Below, piece by piece: positions 10,627 to 22,922 of a stretch of DNA of 64,000 nt. Position 1 is the stretch's first letter; every line of letters begins with the position of its first letter. The stretch is from Chiloscyllium plagiosum. Its lineage: Eukaryota. A model generated the notes under the pieces. That model saw only the letters and a program-made list of their open reading frames with translations, was not told where the DNA came from and searched no databases. The stretch is taken from positions 55,696,000-55,759,999 of the forward strand of contig NC_057719.1 in NCBI RefSeq assembly GCF_004010195.1, given 5' to 3'. Made by a program: the position numbers and the translations under genes.

Positions 10627-13600
10627 GATTCTGGGTAATCCAAGATGGAGGACGGAAAAACATTTCTGGCTGTAAGAGCTGCTCCTTTTTTTGAGGTATT
10701 TTAGGTGCTGGAGGTGATTTCTTTGAATTCCAGGAGCAGCAATTACTGTTTTATATGCTGTTGCATTGTTTTGGAACTTTGGAAAAAAAAAGTCAAAACA
10801 ACAGCAGTTTAAAAGGGAGAAGAGCAGACAAAGGAAGCACATGGTGAGGACATTGCAGGAGGAGAGAGAAAACCTGCACAGTTACCCCCTTTGCTGTTTG
10901 AATCCGTGCATCTCTGGACATCGGAGTGCATCTGGGAAAATTAACAAACAGTGAAATTCACAACTAATCTTGGAGGAACTATTGGGCGAAGTTCACAGCA
11001 CAGAATCAGATAAGTTAATTGTTGTTTTAAGTCTGGCCAAGAGAAAGGCTGTATTAGTCAGTACAGTGGGTTCTTTCTTGATTATACGTTTTTGGAGATA
11101 AGTCTCTTGATTAAACTTAAAATATAAGCCATAGCTATTAATTTAACCTGGGGCAGTGTTTGTAGGACCCAGGGAGATAGTGAGGAAAGAAATCAATCTG
11201 AGACGGGTACAGTTGAAAACAGAAGTGAGTCAAACAGTCAGGGCAGGCAGGGACAAGGTAGGACTAATAAATTAAACTGCATTTATTTCAATGCAAGGGG
11301 CCTAACAGGGAAGGCAGATGAACTCAGGGCATGTTTAGGAACATGGGGCTGGGATAACATAGCAATTACAGAAACATGGCTCAGGGATGGGTAGGACTGG
11401 CAGCTTAATGTTCCAGGATACAAATGCTACAGGAAGGATAGAAAGGGAGGCAAGAGAGGAGGGGGAGTGGCATTTTTGATAAGGGACAGCATTACAGTTG
11501 TGCTAAGGGAGGATATTCCCAGAAATACATCCAGGGAAGTTATTTGGGTGGAACTGAGAAATAAGAAAGGGATGATCACCTTATTGGGATTGTAGTATAG
11601 ACCCCCAATAGTCAGAGGGAAATTGAGAAACAAACTTATAAGGAGATCTCAGCTATCTGTAAGAATAATATGGTGGTTATGGTAGGGGATTTTAACTTTC
11701 CAAAAATCGACTGGGACTGCCATAGTGTTAAAGATTTAGATGGAGAGGAATTTCTTAAGTGTGTACAAGACAATTTTCTGATTTAGTATGTGAATGTACC
11801 TACCAGAGAAGCTGCAAAACTTGACCCACTCTTGGGAAATAAGGCAGGGAAGGTGACTGAGGTGTCAGTAGGGGAGCACTTTGGGGCCAGCGACCATAAT
11901 TCTATTCATTTTAAAATAGTTATGGAAAAGGATAGACCAGATCTAAAAGTTGAAGTTCTAAATTGGAGAAAGGCCAATTTTGACAGTATTATGCAAGAAC
12001 TTTCAAAAGCTGATTGGAGATAGATGTTCGCAGGTAAAGGGACGGCTGGAAAATGGGAAGCCTTCAGAAATGAGATAACAAGAATCCAGAGAAAGTATAT
12101 TCCTGTCAGGGTGAAAGGGAAGGCTGGTAGCTAAAGGGAATGCTGGATGACTAAAGAAATTGAGGGTTTGGTTAAGAAAAAGAAGGAAGCATATGTCAGG
12201 TCTGGACAGGATAGATCGAGTGAATCCTTAGAAGAGTATAAATGAAGTAAGAGTATACTTAAGAGGGAAATCAGGAGGGCAAAAAGGGGACATGAGATAG
12301 CTTTGGCAAACAGAATTAAGGAGAATCCAAAGGGGTTTTACAAATATATTAAGGACAAAAGGGTAACTAGGGAGAGAATAGGGCCCTTCAAAGATCAGCA
12401 AGGCGGCCTTTTTGTGGAGCCACAGAAAATGGGGGAGATACTAAATGAATATTTTGCATCAGTATTTACTGTGGAAAAGGATATGGAAGATATAGACTAT
12501 AGAGAAATAGATGGTGACATCTTGCAAAATGTCCAGATTACAGAGGAGAAAGTGCTGGATGTCTTGAAAACGTAAAGATGGATAAATCCCCAGGACCTGA
12601 TCAAGTGTACCCGAGAACTNNNNNNNNNNNNNNNNNNNNNNNNNNNNNNNNNNNNNNNNNNNNNNNNNNNNNNNNNNNNNNNNNNNNNNNNNNNNNNNNN
12701 NNNNNNNNNNNNNNNNNNNNNNNNNNNNNNNNNNNNNNNNNNNNNNNNNNNNNNNNNNNNNNNNNNNNNNNNNNNNNNNNNNNNNNNNNNNNNNNNNNNN
12801 NNNNNNNNNNNNNNNNNNNNNNNNNNNNNNNNNNNNNNNNCAGATAAATGCGAGGTGCTGCATTTTGGGAAAGCAAATCTTAGCAGGACTTATACACTTA
12901 ATGGTAAGGTTCTCGGGAGTGTTGCTGAACAAAGAGACTTTGGAGTGCAGGTTCATAGCTCCTTGAAAGTGGAGTCGCAGGTAGATAGGATAGTGAAGAA
13001 GGCGTTTGGTATGCTTTCCTTTGTTGGTCAGAGCATTGAGTACAGGAGTTGAGAGGTCATGTTGCGGCTGTACAGGACATTGGTTAGGCCACTGTTGGAA
13101 TATTGCATGCAATTCTGGTCTCCTTCCTATCGGAAAGACGTTGTGAAACTTGAAAGGGTTCAGAAAAGATTACAAGGATGTTGCCAGGGTTGGAGGATTT
13201 GAGCTACACGGAGAGGCTAAACAGGCTGGGGATGTTTTCTCTGGAGCATCAGAGGCTGAGGGGTGACCTTACAGAGGTTTACCAAATTATGAGGGGCATG
13301 GATAGGATAAATAGACAAAGTCTTTTCCCTGGGATGGGGGAGTCCAGAACTAGAGGGCATAGGTTTAGGGTGAGAGGGGAAAGATATAAAAGACACCTAA
13401 GGGGCAACTTTTTCACGCAGACGGTGATACGGGAATGGAATGAGCTGCCTGAGGATGTGGTGGAGGCTGGTACAATTGCGATAGTTAAGAGGCATTTGGA
13501 TGGGTATATGAATAGTAAGGGTTTGGAGGGATATGGGCCGGGTGCTGGCAGGTGGGACTAGATTGAGTAGGGATATCTGGTCGGTATGGATAGGTTGGAA

Positions 13601-13641
13601 CGAATGGTCTGTTTCCATGCTATACATCTCTATGACTCTAT
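10627..13641 (+). mobile_element. CR1 family A copy lacking ORF1
   Basis: Family 5' end at 10627; 5' UTR joins the pre-ORF2 region at about 11165; APE and RT fragments; TCTATGACTCTAT tail. Confidence 0.92.
12620..12840. other. Assembly gap in CR1 RT
   Basis: Run of N. Confidence 0.99.
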
Positions 13642-14059
13642 CTGGGGAAGGGGGTGCGGTTTAGTGTACATCTCTGTGTAGAGCTCCAGGGAAAGTGTGG
13701 GGACTGAGACAGGGCAGGAGGTCGTCATTTGGAGATGGTGCCTGGGCTCCCATCAATGTCCAGGACTGTTCTCGGCAGCATTTCAGCAAGCTCAGTTCGT
13801 TTTTAACCATTATAAACAAAAGATGCAATCAGTGTTGGAAACACCTCTTTGATGTAATGTTTCTATCAGGACCTTGAGATCCCCTTCAGATAATCCAAAA
13901 TTTGGATAAATGATATTCAGATAATCGAGGTTCCTCTGTATACTACAATGCCCATATCCATTGCACTGACAATAAACATGTAAACATGGACCACAACATT
14001 TTGTTTCAGTCTGTTTTACTCCCACCACCAATGCCTCCATTTTTTCATTCAAGTCTCAA

Positions 14060-15270
14060 CAATGCACTGGCAATGCTGCCACATGCACAATTTTCAAACC
14101 GAATAGCTGTAACAACAAGCTCCATCTAAACAGTCTGGCATTTTTGTCCTTACATTCCACCAAATACTTCACTGAGTTATGATCAGTGTACATGATTGTC
14201 TCAGACACATTTCTGGTAACATAAACATTGAAATGTTGTAACCCAACACCAATTTCAAAGTCACCTTCTCAACTGTCAAATATTTCTACTCATGAATGTT
14301 TAATTTCCTGGAAAAATACCTGATCAGTCTTTCTATCTTCTTGTCACATTCTTGCAAGAGTACAGTACCAACACCCACATCTCTCGCATCGATAGCCACC
14401 TTGAATGGCTTTGAGTAATTAGGTGTGGCTAATACTGGGGCAGTGGTTAACACAGCTTTCAGGCGTCAAATGCCTTCTGAAACTTCTTGCTTTTCTTTAG
14501 CAATTCAGTGAGTGGAGAAGCCACACTACTAAAATTTGGTCTGAATTTTGGATAAAATCCATTCAATCCCCGGAACCATAGTACTGCTCTTTTTGTTGAT
14601 GGTTTGGGAAACTCCCCAATTACCTTTGGTTTGCACCCCATGGGGTCATTTGTCTGTGTCCAGTACATGGCCCAGGAAGGTGACTTCGGCTTTGACAAAT
14701 TCACTTTTAGCCAAATTTATCACCAAGCCTGCCTTCCAAAGTCAATCGAACAAGTCTGATAAATATTGCAAATGTTCCTTCCATGTGTGACTAAAAATCA
14801 CCACGTCATCTGGATATATGACACAGTTGGGTAATCTGGCAATGACCTTATTGGTTAGTCTCTGAAATGTGGCTGGCGCATGTTTCATACCAAATGGCAT
14901 GACTTTAAACTGATACAGTCTATTCGGCATTACAAAGCCGAAATTGCATTCGCTTTTTCTGACAAAGATACCTGCCAGTATCCTCTGAGCAAGTTCAGCT
15001 TAGAAATATAAGTTGCCTGTCCTACCTTCTCAACACAGTCTTCCAAATGTGGAATCGGATACGCATCAGTCTTTGTAACTGCATTGACATTGCGATAGTC
15101 CACCCAATGATAATTGGGTACCATTTGGCTTTGGCACCCTGACTGTGGGCAAGTTCCAGTCACAGCAACTCACTTCGATTATGCCATCCTGGAGCATGCG
15201 TTCAATCGCCTTGTAAATCTGTGCCAACTTGAGAGGTTAGGCCTATAAGGATGTTGCTTAATCGGAACAG
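14060..15270 (-). pseudogene. Gypsy RT and RNase H, disrupted
   Basis: VDYRNVNAVTKTDAYPIP, LRGYWQV, VMPFGMKHAPATFQRL, YPDD (decayed YxDD), NFSSVASPLTELLKK. Confidence 0.9.
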
Positions 15271-15559
15271 CACCTCCTATATCTGCATCTTGCATAATTA
15301 GATTAGTACTTCCCAGTTTATTTCCACATATCTCCCCATGTGATAGTAATGACTCTTTCAGATAATTTCAATTTTTTCTGGAAGTTAAATCAATAATTTA
15401 TCCCAATTTTGGACAACTTTCTCATTGTCCAATTTAATTTGATGAATGTCCAATTCAGAATCCTCTGAACTTGGTTCTTCCCTCTGCCTTGTAGCCAATA
15501 ACACAGTCTCCTTTGGCTTTTCTTCCCTGTCAAAATACCTGTTGAGCATATTCACATGA

Positions 15560-17310
15560 CACACTCTGTGAGATTTCTTTCTGTCTGGAGTCGTTATCAA
15601 ATAATTCACCTCATTCAATTTGCTTTCGACTTGATAAGGTCCACTAAACCTTGCTTTTAAAAGTTCGCCTATAACTGGAAGTAACACTGACAGCAAAATT
15701 ATGAATTTTTGATCTCTTGTCTGCTTCCTGTTTCATTGTATGCTGTGATACTTTTAAATGCTCTTTAGCCAACTCCCCTGCTCTATTTAATCGTTCTCTA
15801 AAATTTGACACATAGTCCAAACATGTGGTCTCTAAATTCTGATTTCCAATTTCTCCTTAAGCAATTTTAGCAGTTGTCCCACTTCATGCCCAAAAATGAA
15901 TTCAAATAGACTGAATTTGGTCAATTCATTTTGTGCAACTCTGATCACAAGAGTTACAAACAGAATTCCCTTATCCCAATCATCTGGATAGTGTTATGGC
16001 ATGGGGCAAACACTCCTGCTTAATTTAAACCAGCAACACAGAAAAGATTTATCCCTCAACAACCTTATTTCTTAAAGTATAACAGAGACTAATTAACTAA
16101 CAAATATTTGCAACTCCTTCCTCTAACCTTTCTTTTACATTCCCTTCTATAATACTAGTCTGATAAAAAAAACCCCAATTAAGATTTACCAACAATTCAA
16201 GTTTTCAAAACCAGCCAGCTGTAGAATCTTCTATTTGGATCTTCCTGTGCCTTCTTTTCCTCCTCGTAAGGATTCTGCTTCACAGGTCACTGATTGATAA
16301 AGGTACCTTTAAGAGAGCTATTCTCCGGGCAATCTGCAGATTTCTTTAGCTTTGCTGTTCTCTTCCTAACTGTTCAATTATCCCCAGTCTTATACCCCCT
16401 AAGCATCAGATTGTGTCATTGGCTTTTAAGATTGTCATTATACTAAATTCAAGCTTGATTGAAGTTTGATATTTTTCCGGGTATCATTTAAACTAATTGG
16501 CCTAATTCGAATCTGTTTTGTAGTTTTCAGGCAACCCAGCTAATCTAGCTTTCGACTAAGTGTTACATTGTTACTTCATTCAGAACACTTGGTGCTGTCA
16601 GGTAGTTCTGCTAGCTTTTAACTCTCTTAAAGGTACAGTATACCCACACCTTCATAACAATAGTCTTGACTATAAACCCTCAACATGGTCTGTAATGTCT
16701 GATGCCACCTTTTGAGCGTTTCCTGCAACTCTGGATGGTACGCAGTACATTTTAATTGTTTTATTCCTAAGATATCCATAACTTCCTTGAATAATTTTGA
16801 TGTAAAGTTTGACCACTGATGTTATTGTATCTCTGTGGGTAGTCCATACCAAATGAAAAATTTGAGCAACTCCTCTATAATCCTTTTAGCTGTGATATTG
16901 CATAATGGAATGGCCTCTGGAAATCCATTATTGTTAACGAATACTTATTCCCACTTTTTGTTTTAGGTAGGGGTCCTACACAATCAGTTATGACTCTTGG
17001 AAAAGGTTCCTCAAATGCAGGAATAGGTACTAAAGGTGCAGGATTTATTACAGCCTGTGGTTTTCCAATAACCTGACATGTATGATATGTCTGGCAAAAT
17101 TCAACTACATCCTTGAGCAGCTCAGGCCAGTAAAAATGCTTTTGTATTTTAGCTTGAGTTTTCTCACTCCAAAATCTCCCCCTAGAGGTAGTTCATGTGC
17201 CACTCGCAACACCTCCTTTGTATAACTCACTGGCAATATGACTTGATCAACTTCTGCCCATTTCTCATCTGCCTGAATATGTAATGGTCTCCATTTCCTC
17301 ATTAAGACAT
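15560..17310 (-). pseudogene. Gypsy integrase upstream of RT, disrupted
   Basis: AHELPLGG.FGVRK, C.TYHTCQ, GPLPKTKSG, FPEAIPL, YHPESQ, and GPY module FSGPYQV. Confidence 0.85.
15992..16659. mobile_element. Solo LTR (668 bp) inserted in the integrase
   Basis: Perfect TGTTATG...CATAACA termini; 4-bp TSD ATAG (15988-91 and 16660-63). Confidence 0.9.
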
Positions 17311-18710
17311 AATTTTAAAGATAATAACATTCAGGGATATATTCTGATTCTTTTTCTGTGCATGAGTTTGAGACAATTGCTTTAAATTTCAATCTTTCTG
17401 CTGTAACTCAGTTAATTTATCTGAGCTAAAGATGTCAGCTTTGTCATCTATCTGCGCCTGGTTTGTCTCAACCATTTGATCAAACAGGGTCTCTGTTACT
17501 TCCACGTCAACTTTCTTTTCTGGACTCTTTGATATCTCCTGTTTAAACTGGTGACTTTGTGACCTCATTACCACAGTCTGGTAAAATTCCAGGATATGTA
17601 TCTTGCAATCAGTTGCCTGAGTTTCCACAGGCTTTTCAACCACAGTAGGCAGCACTCCTACTTGTGAACCAGCTATATCACTAGCAAGGACAAATTGTAT
17701 TTCTGGAGTGGACGTTTGTCCGTACTCCTACCATGACTTCTCCACTCTTCACTGGACACACTAACCTCACTCAACATAACTGAGCACTTCTTGTTTCACC
17801 GTGAATTCCTATAACTAGCACCTTTTCTGGCAATATTCCTTCAGAAGTATATATCTCCTCATGTTTCAACATCACAGATTGAGAGGATCCAGTATCTCTT
17901 AATATTGTAACCTCTTTACCTGCTGTTCCTGGCCTATGCTAATAAACTTTACCTTCACAGCTATATGGTTTAAGAAGATCTGGCACTTCCTCCTTAACCA
18001 ATCTCTGACCAGGTTGTACATTGTGATGCAGCTTTCTAGCCTCCACTGTGCTTTCCATTAACACTCCAACTAGATTCACTGGCTTTCCAATGTCTGGCTT
18101 CCCAGTGCTATTCCTAACCCACCAACACTGTGATTTCATGTGGCCTATTTTGTTGCAGTGACAACACCGGAGCTTTTTAACTTCCCTTTCCCCTTCATGG
18201 CTTCCTTTTTACCCTGTGGCAAGTTATCCTTATGATCTTCACTGAGATCCAACTTTCCCTTTCCACGTGAGGATTTCTCTTTTCCCCAATTTCAATCCCT
18301 GATGGACTAAAATTGATTTTGGAAGCTATAATTTGATTTATGGACCCAACTCATAATCATTGGCCATCTTAGCTGCTAATCTTGCCGTTTTAACTCTTGT
18401 GCTCTTCCACATGAGTTCTCACTACTTCAGAAAGTGAATTCTTGAACTCCTCCAAATAATTGTCTCTCTAAGAGTGTCATAGGTTTGCTTTAGTTTTAAT
18501 GTCCTTAACCAGCTATCAAAATTACTTAGCTTGATCCTTTCAAATTCAGTGTAGATTTGACCAGGGTCCCTCCTTAGCTTCCTGAAATGTCTGTAGGCTT
18601 CTGGCACAAGCTCATATGCACTTTCTTCATCTCCTCATATGCCCCATATATCTCCTCTGACAAGGATGCAAACACCTCACTAGCTCTACCTACAAGTTTT
18701 GTTTGACCCT

Positions 18711-19470
18711 AGAACATATAACATACAATATTACAGCACAGTACAGGCCCTTCAGCCCTCAATGTTGCGCTAACCTGTGAAACCATTCTGAAGCCCGTCT
18801 TGCCCACACTATTCCAATATCATCCATATGTTTATCCAATGATTATTTAAATACCCTTAAAGTTGGCAAGTCTACTACTGTTGCAGTCAGGGCATTCCAT
18901 GCCCCTATTACTTTCTGAGTAAAGAACCTACTTCTGACATCTGTCCTATATATATCACCCCGCAATTTAAAGCTATGTCCCCTCATGCTAGCTATCACCA
19001 TCTGGGGAAAAAGGCTTTCACTGTCCAACCTTTCCAATCCACTGATCATCTTGTTTGTCTCTATTAAGTCACCTCTTAACCTTTTTCTCTCTAACGAAAA
19101 CAGTCTCAAGTCCCTCAGCCTTTCCTCATAAGACCTTCTCTCCATACCAGGCAGCATCCTGGTAAATCTCCTCTGCACTCTTTTCAATCCTTCCACATCC
19201 TTCCTATAATGTGGTGACCAGAATTGCACGCAATACTCCAAGTGCAGCCACACCAGAGTTTTGTACAGCTGCAAAATGACCTCATGCTCTGAAACTCAAT
19301 CCCTCTACCAATAAAAGCTAACACACCTTAAGCCTTCTTAACAACCCTATCAACCAGGGTGGCAACTTTCAGGAATCTATGCACATGGACACCGAGATCT
19401 CTCTGCTCATCCACGCTACCAAGAATCTTACCATTAGCCCAGGACTTTGTACTCCTGTCACTCCTTCCAC
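18711..19470 (-). mobile_element. CR1 3' fragment in Gypsy gag
   Basis: ORF 18843..19274 LEYCVQFWSPHYRKDV...VQRRFTRMLPG. Confidence 0.9.
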
Positions 19471-19812
19471 TGGCATTTGTATAGCCACCTTTTCAAATGA
19501 GATGAAAAAGGCTTCCATATCCTTCTCATCAAATTTAGGCAACACTTGAATATAGTTAAACAGTTTCTCACCAGCCCTTTGGCCACCATGGGTTTGTTCA
19601 TCCTCACTCTCTTCCTCATTAAGCTTACCTTCAGCCTTCATCTCCATCCTTTTAAGCTGACTTTCATGTCTAAGTGCCAGTTTTTGAAGTTCAAAATCCC
19701 TCTCTTTCTTCCTTTCCTCTCTCTCCTTTTCTCTCTCTTTTGTTCTGCTAAAACAATTTGTTCTTTTTCTCTTTCCGTTGCTTTTAATAGTAATTCCTTG
19801 TCTTTTGCCTCG

Positions 19813-20054
19813 AGAGTCATAGAGATGTACAACATGGAAACAGACCCTTCGGTCAAACCCATCCATGCCAATCAGATAGCCCAACGCAATCTAGTCCCAC
19901 CTGCCAGCACCCGGCCCATATCCCTCCAAACCCTTCCTATTCATATACCCATCCAGATGCCTCTTAAATGTTGCAATTGTACCGGCCTCCACCACTTCCT
20001 CTGGCAGCGATACATGAATTCAAAACAGCAAAGGCAGTAACTGTGCAGGTTTTT

Positions 20055-20088
<34 letters not shown>

Positions 20089-20317
20089 CTGCACTGTCCT
20101 CACCATGTGCTTCCGTTGTCTGTTCTTCTCCCTTTTAAACTGCTGTTGTTTTGACTTTTCTTTCCAAAGTTCCAAAACAATGCAACAGCATACAAAACAG
20201 TAATTGCTACTCCTGGAATTCGAGGTAATCACCTCCAGCACCTAAAATACCTCAAAAAAGGAACAGCTGTTATAGCCAGAAATTTTTCCCATCCTCCATC
20301 TTGGATTACCCAGAATC
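19813..20317 (-). mobile_element. CR1 family A derivative: 5' 310 bp fused to 3' 195 bp
   Basis: 20317-20009 matches the 5' UTR at 10627-10915; 20008-19813 matches the 3' end at 13444-13640. Confidence 0.88.
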
Positions 20318-20539
20318 CTTGTAACTCAAGCTTCTTCATCTTCAATTGAATTTTAACCATCTCTAAAGATTCTGATGACATTTTTAGCAAATTGAAATGC
20401 TGAGCTATTGCTGTAGTTATCTCTCTTTTCCTCACGACAGCTCCATCTCCAGCTTGTCTGCTAATTCCAGCAGCTTGGCTATACTCACCTTTTGCAAAAG
20501 CCCCCAAAGTCACTTCTTCCACTCCCAGAAAACTCTTGG

Positions 20540-20616
20540 TGACTGTCTCTTTTACAAACTCTCTGAAAGAAAAGCCAAGGACACCACAATCTTGTTAAAA
20601 GAGCAGCATCATCACA
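20540..20616 (-). repeat. Truncated 5' LTR of Gypsy copy 1
   Basis: Matches 9865-9935 and then abuts the gag start. Confidence 0.8.
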
Positions 20617-22785
20617 AGGTGGTCTGGGGAAAACAGGTTGGCAGTGGATTGCAAGAAAAGGAATTTGTGGAATGTCTACGAGATGGCCTTTTGGAGCAGG
20701 TGGAGCCCACAAGGGAACAGGCAATACTGGATATAGTGTTGTGCAATGAGGCAGACTTGATAAGGGAGCTTAAGATGAAGGAACCCATAGGAAGCAGTGA
20801 CCATAATATGATAGAATTTACTCTGCAATTTGAGAGGGAGAAGCTAGAATCAGATGTAATGGTATTACAGTTGAATAAAGGCATGAGGGAAGAGCTGGGT
20901 AGAATTGACTGGGAGAGGAGCCTAGCAGGAAAGACAGTGGAGCAGCAGGAGTTCATGGGAGTAATTCAGGAGATATGGCAAAAATTCATCCTTAGGAAAA
21001 AGAAGCATACTAGAGGGAAAATGAGGCAACCATGGCTGGCAAGGGAAGTCAGGGACAGCATAAAAGCAAAGGAGAAAGCATATAATGTAGCAAAGGGCAG
21101 TGGGAAGCCAGGTGATTGGGAAACCTACAAAGCCCAACAGAAGGCAACTGAAAAAAAAAAGGAGGGAGAAGATTAAATATGAGAGTAAGCTGGCTAGTAA
21201 TATAAAAGCAGATTGTAAGAATTACTTTAGATATATAAAGGGCAAAACAGAGGCAAACATAAACACTGAGCCACCAGAAAATGATGCTGGAGAAGTAGTA
21301 ATGGGGAATAAAGAAATGGCAAGGAACTGAATCTTCATGGTGGAAGACACCAGTGATATTCCAAAAATTCAAGACAATCGGGGGGCAGAGTTGAGTATGG
21401 TGGCCATCACCAAGGAGAAGGGGCTAGAAAAACTGAAAGATCTGAAGGTAGGTAAATCACCTGTACCAAATGGACTACGCCTCAGAATTCTCAGGGTGAT
21501 AGCAGAAGAGATAGTGAAGGTGTTAATGATGATATTCCAGGAATCACTGGAGTCAGGGAGGGTCCTGGAGGACTGGAAAATCACTAATGTGGTGTTCCGC
21601 AAGGCTCAGTGTTGGGTCCACAACTTTTCACTTTATATTCTAATGATCTGGATGAAGAAACTGAGGGCATTCTGACTATGTTTGCAGATGATACAAAGAC
21701 ACATGGAGAGATAGGTAGTATTGATGAGGCAGGGAGATCACAGGAGGATTTAGACAGGTTAGGAGAGTGGACAAAGAAGTGGCAGATGGAATACAATATG
21801 GGAAAATGTGAGTTCATGCACTTTGGTTGGAAGAATAGAGGCATAGACTAGTTTCTAAATGGGGAGAAAATTCAGAAATTTTAAGTACAAAGGAATTTGG
21901 GAGTCCTACTCCTGGATTCTCTTAAGGTTAACTTGCAAGTTGAGTTGGTAGTTAGGAAGACAAATACAATATTGGCATTCATCTTGAGATGACTAGAACA
22001 TAAAAGCAGTGATGTACTTTGGAGGCTCTCTAAGGCTCGGGTCAGACCCAGTTAGAATATCATGAGCAATTTTGGGCCCTACACCACAGGAAGGATGCAT
22101 TGGCCCTGGATCAGATCCAGAGGAGGTTCACGAAAATGATCCCAGGGATGAAAGTCTTAACCTATGAGGTCATATGTTTGAGGACTCTGGGTCTATACTT
22201 AATGAGTTTATAATGGATGAGGGGCAATCTAATTGAAACTGAAAGGCCTGAATAGAGTGGACATTGAGAAGATGTTTCCAATAGCAGGAGAGACTAAACT
22301 CGAGGGCACTGCTTTAGAACGGAGATGAAGAGAAACTTCTTTAGCCAAAGAGTTGTGAACCTATAGAATTCATTGTCACAGAGGCTCTGGAGGCTAGGCC
22401 ATTGAATATATTTAAGACAGAGATAGATAGGTGAAAGTGAGGACTGCAGATATTGGAGATCAGAATTGAGGGTGCAGTAATGGAAAAGCACAGCTGCTCA
22501 GGCAGCATTCAAGGAACAGGAGAATCAATATTTCAGGTATAAGGAAAGGCTAATGAAGGGCTTATGCCCGAAACACTGATTCTCCTGCTCCTTGGATGCT
22601 GCCTGACCTGCTGTGCCTTTCCAGCAGCCACTCTCGACAGTGAGAGATAGGTTCTTGATTGTCAAGGGGATCAAGGGTTACAGGGAAAAAGCAGGAGAAT
22701 GGGGTTGAAAAATTCATCAGCCATGTTTGAATGATGGAGCATACTCAATGGGCCAAATGACCTAATTTCTGCCTCTATGTCTGAC
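20617..22785 (+). mobile_element. CR1 family B, 3' part, with an internal RT deletion near 21590
   Basis: PTREQAILD, SDHN, LGPQLF, FADDTK; 3' UTR homologous to 6826-6990. Confidence 0.9.
22432..22635. mobile_element. PLE-derived hairpin mini-element
   Basis: Inverted arms at about 22468-22543 and 22561-22635; decayed hammerhead at 22550; 14/16 flanking duplication. Confidence 0.8.
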
Positions 22786-22922
22786 GGATTTATTCAAACA
22801 TCCACAGTGTTTGATTTTATAAGGGTGAAAATCAGGATTCAGAAATCCCAGTGTGTGCGTGTGTTCGAATGTACTCACAAAAGTAATCATGTAAGTTGTT
22901 TAGGCCTTTACAGAATGGTAGG

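Larger units (their letters stand above)
10017..13938. mobile_element. Non-autonomous Tigger/pogo-like DNA transposon (about 0.9 kb), split by a CR1
   Basis: TIRs CAGAGGAACCTTGATTATCCGAA and TTCAGATAATCGAGGTTCCTCTG; TA duplication at 10015-16 and 13939-40; no transposase seen. Confidence 0.88.
17650..20530 (-). pseudogene. Gypsy gag (SCAN-like capsid, CCHC knuckle) and protease, interrupted
   Basis: LPKFDEKDMEAFFISFEKVA, ELVPEAYR.HFR..RRDPGQ.YTEF, CCHCNKIGHMKSQC, ILRDTGSSQS. Confidence 0.85.
9301..20616 (-). mobile_element. Gmr1-like Gypsy LTR retrotransposon (copy 1) with nested insertions
   Basis: TG...CA termini, 4-bp TSD AGGT (9297-9300 and 20617-20620); minus-strand order gag, CCHC, protease, integrase, RT, RNase H, PPT, LTR. 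Confidence 0.92.

Noticed and set aside
10275..10694. Proline-rich 139-aa ORF
   Set aside because: Product of a C-rich tract inside the Tigger-like element that runs into the CR1 5' UTR.
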